Positions 1-10,816 of a DNA stretch of 44,554 nucleotides are shown here, in pieces; the first letter of the stretch is position 1; the number at the start of each line of letters is the position of its first letter. Source of the DNA: Macrostomum lignano (Eukaryota); NCBI GenBank assembly GCA_002269645.1, contig NIVC01004481.1, forward strand, positions 1-44,554. Direction: 5' to 3'. Position numbers and translations under genes: made by a program. The notes under the pieces are model-generated. The model ran no database searches, was not told the DNA's origin, and was given only the letters and a program-made list of their open reading frames with translations.

Positions 1-39
1 CCGATCATTAGATAGGAAAATGGATTGCTAGTCTAGCAA
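1..39. repeat. Left fragment of a ~36-bp minisatellite (ccaatcattagataggaaaatggattgctagtctag)
   Basis: Same unit as the array at ~3965-4416; the two pieces are separated by the 40-3955 block. Confidence 0.8.
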
Positions 40-319
40 ACTAGCAATCTAGTGCGGCCCCCTTCGGGGCGCCCAATAAGAAAGGAGCAAAAATAGTTCA
101 TGGAAAAACAATAAAAAAACACATTTTCTTAAACACTAATTCCTTCTTCACATTTTAAAAAAATCACCTTATTCGTGTAAAATTGTCACGGACTAAGATG
201 TTTGCAAAATTAAAAAATCACTTTTTCTCTAAAATTAACAAACAGTCAACAAAATATCGTTTCACTAAATAGAAAATATTCCCAAGACAGCAAGCAACCC
301 CCTCCAAAAGTGAACAATC

Positions 320-890
320 GCAGATAGCAAGCATCCTCTAATGCTCATAGCAAGAATCACCACAGATAGCAAGCATCTGCAGATTAGCAAGCACCCCCCA
401 GATATTATAGAAGCATCCACCCAGATAGCAAGCATCCACTCAGATAGCAAGCATTCTGCAGATATCAAGCACCCCCAGATATTATAGAAGCATTCTGCAG
501 ATAGCAAGCACCCCCCAGATATTATAGAAGCATTCTGCAGATAGCAAGCATCCTGCAGATATCAAGCACCCCCAGATATTATAGAAGCATCCTGCAGATA
601 GCAAGCACCCCCCAGATATTATAGAAGCATCCACCCAGATAGCAAGCACCCCCAGATATTATAGAAGCATCCTGCAGATAGCAAGCACCCCCCAGATATT
701 ATAGAAGCATCCACCCAGATAGCAAGCATCCTGCAGATAGCAAGAATCCCTAAATAGCAAGCATCCTGCAGATAGCAAGAATCCCTGAATAGCAAGCATC
801 CCTGGATAGAAAGAATCCCATGCATGTAGCCAGTACCCCCTCTCCCAAATAGCAAGTATCCCCCCTCGAGAGCAAGCATCCACGAGACAG
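320..890. repeat. Compound minisatellite built on CAGATAGCAAGCA / CCCCCAGATATTATAGAAGCA modules
   Basis: Repeated modules are visible directly and explain the low-complexity minus-strand ORFs 265-883. Confidence 0.85.
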
Positions 891-1017
891 CAAGTAGCTA
901 GTGCAAATGTTACTTCCGCTAATGCAATAATCGCTTTCTCAGGTTGTGCAACAATCCACGTCTCAGCGAGCGCAATAATCTCTTTTTTAGACAGCGCAGT
1001 AATCAGCTTCTCAGCTA

Positions 1018-3270
1018 GTGCAATAATCCTTGGTTTATTAATAGCAATAATCCTTGATTAATCAAGTGCAATAATCCTTGGTTTATCAAGTACAATAACC
1101 CTTGTTTATCAAGTGCAGTAATCTTTGGCTTATCAAGTGCAATAATCCTTGGTTTATCAGTGCAATAATCCTTTGTTTATCAAGTGCAATAATCCTTGGT
1201 TTATCAAGTGCAATAATCCTTGGTTTATTAAGTGCAATAATCCTTGTTTATCAAGTGCAATAATCCTTGGTTTATCTAGCGCAGTAATCCTTGGCTTATC
1301 AGGTGCAATAATCCTTGGTTTATCAAGTGCAATATTTGTTTATCAAGTGCAATAATCCTTGGTTTATCAAGTGAAATAATCCTTGGTTTATCAAGTGCAA
1401 TAATCCTTGGCTTATCAACTGCAATAATCCTTGGTTTATCAAGCGCAGTAATCTTTGGCCTATCAAGTGCAATAATCCTTGTTTATCAAGTGCAGTAATC
1501 CTTGGCCTATCAAGTGCAATAATCCTTGTTTATCAAGTGCAATAATCCTTGGTTTATCAAGTGCAATAATCCTTGGCTTATCAACTGCAATAATCCTTGG
1601 TTTATCAAGTGCAATAGTCCTTGGTTTATCAAGCGCAGTAATCCTTGGCCTATCAAGTGCAATAATCCTTGGCTTATCAAGTGCAATAATCCTTGGTTTA
1701 TCAAGTGCAATAATCCTTGGTTTATCAAGTGCAGTAATCCTTGGCCTATCAAGTGCAATAATCCTTGGTTTGCCAAGAGCAATAATCCTTAGTTTATCGA
1801 GTGCAGTAATCCTTAGTTTTCCAAGTGCAGTAATCCTTGGTTTATTAAGAGCAATAATCCTTGGCTTATCGAGTGCAGTAATCCTTGGTTTGCCAAGAGC
1901 AATAATCCTTGGTTTATCAAGTGCAATAATCCTTGGTTTATCAAGTGCAATAATCCTTGGTTTATCAGATGCAATAATCCTTGGCTTATCAACTGCAATA
2001 ATCCTTGGTTTATCAGATGCAATAATCCTTGGCTTATCAACTGCAATAATCCTTGGTTTATCAAGTGCAATAATCCTTGGTTTATCAAGCGCAGTAATCT
2101 TTGGCCTATCAAGTGCAATAATCCTTGGTTTATCAAGTGCAATAATCCTTGGTTTATCAAGTGCAATAATCTTTGGTTTATCAGATGCAATAATCCTTGG
2201 CTTATCAACTGCAATAATCCTTGGTTTATCAAGTGCAATAATCCTTGGTTTATCAAGTGCAGTAATCCTTGGCCTATCAAGTGCAATAATCCTTGGTTTA
2301 TCAAGTGCAATAGTCTTTGGTTTATCGAGTGCAGTAATCCTTAGTTTTCCAAGTGCAGTAATCCTTGGTTTATTAAGAGCAATAATCCTTGGTTTATCGA
2401 GTGCAGTAGTCCTTGTTTATTAATATCAATAATCCTTGAATAATCCAGTGCATTAATCCTTGGCTTATCAAGTGCAACATTCTTTACTATCAAGTGCAAT
2501 AATCCATGGCTTATCAAGTGCAATAATCCTTGGCTTATCAAGTGCAATAATCCTTGGTTTATCAAGTGCAATAATCCTTTGTTTATCAAGTGCAATAATC
2601 CTTTGTTTATCAAGTGCAATAATCCTTTGTTTATCAAGTGCAATAATCCTTGGTTTATCAAGCGCAGTAATCCTTGGCTTATCAAGTGCAATAATCCTTG
2701 TTTATCAAGTGCAATAATCCTTGGTTTATCAAGCGCAGTAATCTTTGGCCTATCAAGTGCAATAGTCCTTGGTTTATCGAGTGCAGTAATCCTTGGTTTC
2801 CAAGTGCAATAATCCTTGGCTTCTTGAGTGCAGTAATCCTTGGTTTGCCAAGAGCAATAGTCCTTGGTTTATCGAGTGCAGTAATCCTTGGTTTTCCAAG
2901 TGCAGTAATCCTTGTTTATTAATAGCAATAATCCTTGGCTTCTTGAGTGCAGTAATCCTTGGTTTGCCAAGAGCAATAGTCCTTGGTTTATCGAGTGCAT
3001 TAATCCTTGGTTTTCCAAGTGCAATAATTCTTGGCTTCTTGAGTGCAGTAATCCTTGGTTTGCCAAGAGCAATAGTCCTTGGTTTATCGAGTGCAGTAAT
3101 CCTTGGTTTTCCAAGTGCCGTAATCCTTGGTTTATTAATAGCAATAATCCTTGATTAATCAAGTGCAGTAATCTTTGGTTTGCCAAGAGCAATAGTCCTT
3201 GGTTTATCGAGTGCAGTAGTCCTTGGTTTATTAATAGCAATAATCCTTGGCTTATCGAGTGCAGTAATCT
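1018..3270. repeat. 24-bp minisatellite (tcaagtgcaataatccttggttta), roughly 90 units, with a 4-unit higher-order repeat near its 3' end
   Basis: Direct tandem repetition; produces the spurious SSAIILGL, CNNPWFIK and LLHLINQG ORFs. Confidence 0.95.
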
Positions 3271-3339
3271 AAGTGTTTTTATTTAGTCCTTTAATAAAAC
3301 CTTTTAATAAAAAATTTTACACTACTACTTTTAAACTAC

Positions 3340-3398
3340 TTAGATTCGAACCTAGGTCGCTGCATTAGCAGTCTGGTCTGTTCAGCTCTAGGCTAGCT
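3340..3398 (-). pseudogene. Degenerate tRNA-like / SINE-head fragment
   Basis: Minus strand reads TAGCCTAGAG (A-box-like)...CTGCTAA (anticodon-loop-like)...GGTTCGAATC (B-box) with about 43-nt A-to-B spacing; stems pair poorly. Confidence 0.35.
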
Positions 3399-3964
3399 CT
3401 CATCGAAGTTATCAGTGATGTTGTACCACTTATATAATTCAACACTCACACCAAGTCAGGTAGAGTAAAAAGTCTCACGAAGCAGTTATGACATAATCAA
3501 TTTCTTAGGCAAGTCAGTACCAGTGTCTATGAAAGTTTACAATATGGTTACGTAATATAAATTCAGTACTGCGCTATGCTTTCACACTCAAAGCTGTGAC
3601 GCAATTCAATTGAGTGTCAAATTCAGCCAGTACACAGACGATAAATAAAGTGTATTGTGATGCAATCTATTTCAGAATCAGAATTCAACCAGTCAGTTTT
3701 TCTGCTAGCATTCTTACGATGCATTTCAAGTCGAAAGAGCTGCTTGACCTTTGCAAAAAAGCATGTTTTTCGAATATTTAATCCCTTTAGCATCGAGCAA
3801 TTTCTTAGCCACGATGCATGTACTGTCACGGGAAAATTTCTGATCGAACAGTGCAAGTTCGAAGAAAATCGGTTGAGCCGTTTTTGCTAAAATCGATCAC
3901 ACACACACACATACACACACACACATACCGACAGACCATTTTTAGTATATTGGATGGAAAAGGA

Positions 3965-4416
3965 AAACATTAGAGAAGAAAATGGATTGCTAGTGTAGCC
4001 AATCATTAGATAGGAACATGGATTGCTAGTCTAGCTAGCCAATTATTAGATAGGAAAAAAATGGATTGCTAGTCTAGCCAATTATTAGATAAGAAAATGG
4101 ATTGCTAGTCTAGCCAATTATTAGATAAGAAAATGGATTGCTAGTGTAGCCAAACATTAGATAGGAAAATGTATTGCTAGTGTAGCCAATCATTAGATAA
4201 GAAAATGGATTGCTAGTCTAGCCAATCATTAGATAAGAAAATGGATTGCTAGTCTAGCTAGCCAATTTTTAGTTAGGAAAATGGATTGCTAGTCTAGCCA
4301 ATCATTAAATATTAAAGTGAATTGCTAGTATAGCCAATAATTAGATAGGAAAATGGATTTCTAGTCTAGCCAATCATTCAATAGGAAAATGGATTGCTAG
4401 TCTAGCCAGTAATCAG
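3965..4416. repeat. ~36-bp minisatellite (ggattgctagtctagccaatcattagataggaaaat), about 12 units
   Basis: Direct tandem repetition; ends ~45 nt before a MED1 splice acceptor. Confidence 0.9.
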
Positions 4417-4461
4417 ATGTATAAAGGGATTTTCATTAATTACTCAAACCACGAATTCCAG

Positions 4462-7400
4462 AACCTGCCTGACCAGCTCGTGTCCATCAGATGCTCTCTA
4501 AGAGGTCACGTGATCGAATCTATCCCGTTCAGCAGTCCGGCAGTTCTGTCCCAGGTGTCCACCCTGATCAGACAGCAGTTTGTGCTCAACCAGCTGCTGG
4601 CTTCGTGTCTACAGCTGACTACTCATAGGGGTGAGTTGTCAATCAATCAATCAATTGATCAGTCACAATGCTAAATCGATTATTCAAATTCCCGCCTCTC
4701 CAATTCGACAGCTAATTTGGAGCCCGGCGTCACCTGCTTTGAACTGGAAGTCCTTGGCCCCACAGACTGCCGGGTGGCCATCATGCGCGGTCTCGGCTTT
4801 AAAATGCGTTCGTGTAAGTAGTATAGAAATAAGTTAGTAGTACAATGCTAGTAAATCAAACTAAAGCCAGTATAAAATAGTACTACAGCCAGTATATTAC
4901 AGTACTACAGACAGTATAAAACAGTACTACAGCCAGTATATTACAGTACTACAGACAGTATAAAACAGTACTACAGCCAGTATATTACAGTACTACAGAC
5001 AGTATAAAACAGTACTACAGCCAGTATATTACAGTACTACAGCCAGTATATTACAGTACTACAGCCAGTAAATTACAGTACTACAGCCAGTATATTACAG
5101 TACTACAGACAGTATAAAACAGTACTACAGCCAGTATATTGCAGTACTACAGACAGTATAAAACAGTACTACAGCCAGTATATTACAGTACTACAGACAG
5201 TATAAAACAGTACTACAGCCAGTATAAAACAGTACTACAGCCAGTATATTGCAGTACTACAGACAGTATATTGCAGTACTACAGACAGTATAAAACAGCA
5301 CTACAGACAGTATAAAACAGCACTACAGACAGTATAAAACAGCACTACAGACAGTATAAAACAGTACTACAGACAGTGTAAAACAGCACTACAGACAGTA
5401 TAAAACAGTACTACAGCCAGTATATTACAGTACTACAGACAGTATATTAAAGTACTACAGACAGTATAAAACAGTACTACAGCCAGTATATTACAGTACT
5501 ACAGACAGTATAAAACAGTACTACAGCCAGTATATTGCAGTACTACAGACAGTATATTGCAGTACTACAGACAGTATAAAACAGCACTACAGACAGTATA
5601 AAACAGTACTACAGACAGTGTAAAACAGCACTACAGACAGTATAAAACAGTACTACAGCCAGTATATTACAGTACTACAGACAGTATAAAACAGTACTAC
5701 AGCCAGTATATTACAGTACTACAGACAGTGTAAAACAGCACTACAGACAGTATAAAACAGTACTACAGCCAATTACTGATGCCTGTCGCCCCGCAGACTC
5801 GCTGCACCTGCGCAGCCCAGACTGCAGCCCGGCTTGCCGACGGCTCAAGCCGCCATCGTCCGCGTCTGCCGACTCTGCCAAGCCCGAGATCGGCGATTCT
5901 GGCGCCGGCACGGCGGAGCCCTCCGCTCAGTTTCTCGGGCGCGCGCTGCGCACCAGCGGCCTGTCGCTGCCGCTGGCCGTTCGCCGGCTTCAAAGGCTCC
6001 GCGGCCGTCCCCGCGGCTGTCAACGGCGCCGGCGGCTGATCGACTCTCCGTCCGCGCCGCAGTCGCTCCGCCGGGTCGCCTCGACCTCCGCTCTGGCCGC
6101 CATCGCCAGCGGCCTCGTCGAAGTCAAAGGCGTCGTCGCCTCCGTTGCAGCGTCTGCCGCCTCGCTGCTGCCCGCCAGGCCGCGCTTCTGCCTGGAGGCG
6201 CCGGCGCCGCGCCCCAAACGGCAGCCGCTGGGCCGCCTGCGCCGGTCGAGTTCCAGCCGCCGCCGCCGCCGATGCCGATGCCGCCGAACTTCGCCGGCGG
6301 TCACCACCCGCTGCAGCAGCCGCAGTTCGGGCCTCAGTTCAGCAGGCAGCTCAGCCACCCTGCCGGAGCTGACGGCGGCGGCCATCACCATCCGCTGCCG
6401 CATCATCACATGCCGCAGTTCCAGCATCCGCAGGGTTACATGCCGGGCCATCAGCAGCACCAGCTGTACCAGCAGCAGCTGGTGGGAGGCCAGGCCACGC
6501 CGCCCCATCACCTGTGCAGGCAGGGCCCGCCCCACCTGGCTGGTTACCACCCGCACCAGCGGATGCCGCACGGCCACGGCTACCCGCCGCCGCCGCCGCA
6601 TTCGCAGACTCCGCCCTACGGTGTTCAGTTCAGGCCGGGGGCCCAGCCTGGGGGCCCGTACTACCAAGGACCGCCTTCTCAGCAGCAGCAGCAGCAGCAG
6701 CCGCCACCGCATCATTCACCTTCGCCCTACCATTCGCAGTTCGCTGGTCCGCCCGGCTACGGACCTCAGCCAGCCACGCCAGCCGGCTATGCACAGCAGA
6801 TGCCGCCGGCGTCTCCCCACCACTTGATGCTTGGCTCGCCCGCGCCGCACCTGCAGCAGCCGCAGACTCCGCAGCCCCACACGCCGCACACGCCTCAGCC
6901 GCTGCACCACCCGCCAAGCACCCCGGCGGCCTCCAACATGGAGATCAGCGGGCCTGGCACGCCTCTCGACCAGCAGCTGATGAGCCACCATCTTGGAGAC
7001 AGCAGCGGCGGTAGCGGCAGCGGCTTCCCACCGCACACCCCCATGGACAAGAGCAACCAGAATCCCGTGCTCATCAGCCTGCTGCAGGAGGACTCAACCA
7101 GCTGCGGCACCCCAGTTCCAGCCCAGCAGATGCCGATGCAGCACCACGGCCAGCAGCAGCACCGCCAGATGTTTCCTCACGGAGCTCCGCCTCCGGCCTA
7201 CGGCCAGCAGCAGCAGGCGGTGTACAGTCGGAACCCCGCCGCCGGTCAGCGGGCCTTGCCGCCGCAGCCCCAGATGACCAGCCCGCAGCATCAGCAGCAG
7301 CAGCAGCAGCTGCTCGACCCCGCCGCCTCGTCATCGTCCGTCGGCGGCGCCGGCGTCAGAGCCGGCAACAGCGGCGGTGCCAAGAAGCCGCGCAAGCCGC

Positions 7401-8469
7401 GTCGTTCAAATCCTTCCTCGGCGGGGGCGGCTTCGGCGACAACGCCAACTGCTCCGTCTTCGTCGGCGTCAGCGACTGGATCCTCGTCTACGGCGGCTGC
7501 GATGCAGAGCCGGATGGGGCCGGCAGGCGGCGGCCAGGCCTTCGATCCGCAGCAGCAGCAGCTCGGCCGCAGCCTGGACAGCCAGATGCAGTCGGCCTAC
7601 ATTGGCGGGCCGCAGCAGCAGCAGCGCCACCATCCAGCTGCCACCGCCGTGTTCGACACCAACGTGAGCCGCATGGCCCAGATGACAGAGCAGCTGGGCT
7701 CAGCTGAGCCTCATCACCCGCAGCCCCATCAGCAGATGCTGCCGCAGCATCAGCAGCAGCTGCGCTATCCAGGTGACATGCCTGGTCAAGGCGCATTCGC
7801 AGGCCAGCAGCAGCAGCAGATGCATCCTCATCATCACCAGCAGCAGCAGCAGTCTGCCATGGCCGCAGCTTCTGCTCAGCTTCATCACCAGCATCACCAA
7901 CAGCAGTCATCGAACGGTCTGGTCCTCATGCCCGGCAGTGAGGGGGCCAGCTTCCCCCAGTCTGATGAGGCGTCTTCAGGCCGGGAACAGCAGCAGCAGA
8001 GCCTCCGCCTCACCATACCCAAGACCAAGCTGGGCCCCAGGACCACCAGGCCCAGAAGAACCCGGAGAGCGTCTACGACTTCGACCCGGCTAAAGAGGAG
8101 GCCACCAAGGCCTCGTCTGTGGAGGCTCGCAACAAGCCGCTGAAGGTCACCATCAGGATGAACCCTGCCTCCTCCGCCGCCGCCACTGCCGAAGCGTCGT
8201 CGTCAAGAAAGCCGCCAGATTCCTCTGCCGGTGCGCCTCGCCGACCACCGCCTCTTGGCAAGCCGTACAACTACGCCTTCCACCAACAGCAGCAGCAGCA
8301 GCCGCAGCCGCAGCAGCCACCGTCGCATCTTCAACATCAGCAGCAGCACCTTCAGCAAGAGCGAGCTGTTGAGTCCTCCGGCACCGACTCGGCACCGGCC
8401 TCTGTGGAGGAGAACTCCAGCGGCGCCATGGACGATCAGCAGCACCAGCTGCAGATGCAGCGTCAGCGT

Positions 8470-8508
<39 letters not shown>

Positions 8509-10230
8509 CAACAACAACTGCAGATTCACGATGAGTCCAGCTGGACCACCAAGCAGCAGCTGCGGAAAAAGTTGGAGAAAAGCCGCAAAGCCGAGGCCGC
8601 GCCTTCTGGCGCATCCGCCTTGCCAGCAGCTGCGACCGGGCCAGCTGGCCTCGGCGGCAGCGGAAACAATGGCCGGGCAATGTCCGCCGGGCTGAACCCG
8701 GCCAGCGCCGCCGGCTCGGCAATGCCGGCCGCGGGTCCGGGGGCCGCCATCTACGGACCACCGGCCGCTAAGAAAAGTCGCCTGCATGCCGACAAGGTGA
8801 GAGAATTGTGGCGTCGTGTTTTGGGTGCTGGGTGTTTCATTCTAGGACTGCACTCGGTTAGTGTGTTTTATTCTCGGACACTCTGGTTGGGTGCTTCATT
8901 CTCGGACATCCAGGTTGGGTGTTTCATTCTCGGACACTCAGGTTGGGTTTCTATTCTCGGACACTCGGTTGGGTGTTTCATTCTCGGACATCCAGGTTGG
9001 GTGTTTCATTCTCGGACAATCAGGCTGGGTGTTTCATTCTCGGACACTCTGGTTGGGTGCTTCATTCTCGGACATCCAGGTTGGGTGTTTCATTCTCGGA
9101 CACTCAGGTTGGGTTTTTATTCTCGGACACTCGGGTTGGGTGTTTCATTCTCGGGCTGCACTCGGGTTTGGTGTTTCATTCTCGGACACCCATGTAGGGT
9201 TTTTATTCTCGGACACTTGGGTGTTTCATTCTCGGACACCCATGTAGGGTTTTTATTCTCGGACACTTGGGTGTTTCATTCTCGGACACCCATGTAGGGT
9301 TTTTATTCTCGGACACTTAGGTGTTTCATTCTCGGACACTCAGGTTGGGTTTTTATTATCGGACACTTAAGTTGGGTTGTTTTTCTCGGACACCCAAGTT
9401 GGTGTTTCATTCTCAAACTATACTTGGGTTGGGCGGCTCATTCGGAGACTCTGGTTGGGTGTTTCATTCTCGGACACGGGTTAGGTTTGTTATTCTCGGA
9501 CACTTGGGTTAAGTTTGTTATTCTCGGACACTTAGGTTGGGTGTTTCATTCTCGGACACAGCTCAGTAAACTAAGCAATGGATTAAGCATGAGCATCGCA
9601 ACCCCTCGCCAGCCTCCGCAGGCCAAGAAGTCCAAGAAGCACAGGCGGCTCGACGCCTCCGTTGACTCGGCTCACCTGTCCACTCCTAGCAGCAGCGCGG
9701 GCGCGAGTCCCGCCACCCCCGCCGACGCTTCGTCCGCCGCTTCAGCTCCCGCGTCGGGTTCGCGGCAGAGCTCCGCCCTGAAGTCTTACAAGATTCCGCG
9801 CAAGAACACGGCCTCTGAGGATGCGGCCTCGAGTGCTCTCCAGCAGCAACAGCAGCAGCAGCCGCCGCCGCCCCCGCAACAGCAGCCGCCGCCGCACCCT
9901 CTGCCTCCCCGGTTTCAGCAGGCGGCCAGCTTCGCTCCCGCCGGGGGCATCCGCCAGCAGCTGTACCAACAGCGCCATCCGGCCTACCCCGCGCCCCGTC
10001 AGCATGTCCAGCATCACCAGCATCATCAGGCCAATTTATTTGAGCAGTTCCGGCAGCCGCAGCAGCAGCGCCAGTTCATCACGGATCCGGCAGGCCTGCA
10101 CCAGCACAGCAAGGACACCCCTGACAGCCCCGCTGATGGCCCGGCGTCGCCCTCACCCGGCGGCGGCGCCGGAGGCAGCGGCGCTGGGGTCGGCGGTCAG
10201 GCGGCCACCGTGAGCATCATCCCGCACTGA
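4462..10230 (+). CDS. MED1: Mediator complex subunit 1, 3' part (upstream exons outside the window). Exons 4462-4630, 4712-4813, 5797-8796, 9562-10230 (or ending 10209 if spliced further)
   Basis: GT-AG exons join in phase (1,1,0). NLPDQ...GHVIESIPFSSPAVLSQVSTLIRQQFVLNQLLASCLQ, VTCFELEVLG and AQFLGRALRTSGLSLPLAVRRL resemble the end of the Med1 domain (human GTLVSKITFQHPGRVPLILNLIRHQVAYNTLIGSC...DDFIAKVVQRCMSIPVTMRAIRR). NQNPVLISLLQ matches the NR box SQNPILTSLLQ. A long Q/P/S/H-rich tail follows. Needs -1 frameshifts at ~6160 and ~8036. Confidence 0.85.
4866..5771. repeat. 22-bp intronic minisatellite (cagtactacagccagtatatta / cagtactacagacagtataaaa), about 40 units
   Basis: Direct tandem repetition filling almost all of MED1 intron 4814-5796. 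Confidence 0.95.
7061..7087 (+). other. MED1 nuclear-receptor box (NPVLISLLQ, LxxLL)
   Basis: aatcccgtgctcatcagcctgctgcag, read in the main Q-rich frame. Confidence 0.8.
8822..9561. repeat. ~28-bp intronic minisatellite (gggtgtttcattctcggacactcaggtt)
   Basis: Tandem units fill MED1 intron 8797-9561; the last unit supplies the acceptor AG (ctcggacacAG). Confidence 0.9.
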
Positions 10231-10816
10231 GGGCCCAGCACCCCCCACCGTGAGCATCATCCCGCACTGAGGGCCCAGCCCCCCCCCCACCGTGAGCATC
10301 ATCCCACACTGACGGCCCAGCACCCCCCACCGTGAGCATCATCCCGCACTGAGGGCCCAGCCCCCCCCCCACCGTGAGCATCATCCCGCACTGAGGGCCC
10401 AGCCCCCCCCCCACCGTGAGCATCATCCCACACTGACGGCCCAGCACCCCCCACCGTGAGCATCATCCCACACTGACGGCCCAGCACCCCCCACCGTGAG
10501 CATCATCCCACACTGACGGCCCAGCCCCCCCCACCGTGAGCATCATCCCGCACTGAGGGCCCAGCCCCCCCCCCACCGTGAGCATCATCCCACACTGACG
10601 GCCCAGCACCCCCCACCGTGAGCATCATCCCACACTGACGGCCCAGCACCCCCACCGTGAGCATCATCCCACACTGAGGGCCCAGCCCCCCCCCCCCACC
10701 GTGAGCATCATCCCGCACTGAGGGCCCAGCCCCCCCCACCGTGAGCATCATCCCACACTGACGGCCCAGCACCCCCCCACCGTGAGCATCATCCCGCACT
10801 GAGGGCCCAGCCCCCC
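10207..10816. repeat. ~40-bp minisatellite (accgtgagcatcatcccgcactgagggcccagc-polyC), about 15 units
   Basis: The first unit overlaps the end of the MED1 reading frame; poly-C tract length varies between units. Confidence 0.95.

Larger units (their letters stand above)
40..3955 (+). mobile_element. Putative non-autonomous Helitron/Helentron-like (DINE-1/HINE-type) element inflated by internal minisatellites
   Basis: Starts ACTAGC...GCGGCCCCCTTCGGGGCGCC (short GC hairpin). Ends with AAAATCGGTTGAGCCGTTT, a (CA)n/GACAGAC microsatellite and TTTAGTATATTGGAT, an end pattern I associate with this class. It splits a unit of the 36-bp array. No Rep/helicase ORF. Confidence 0.45.

Noticed and set aside
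1149-3240. Long repetitive ORFs (SSAIILGL, LLHLINQG, CNNPWFIK)
   Set aside because: A 24-bp unit divisible by 3 leaves several frames open on both strands; no unique domain or splice context.
6020-8787. Overlapping antisense and alternative-frame ORFs over MED1
   Set aside because: Shadow ORFs of GC-rich CAG/CCG low-complexity coding sequence.
8797-9297. C-terminal GCFILGHSG repeats of ORF 8119-9297
   Set aside because: Read-through into an intron after a clear AAG|GTGAGA donor; the sequence is minisatellite.
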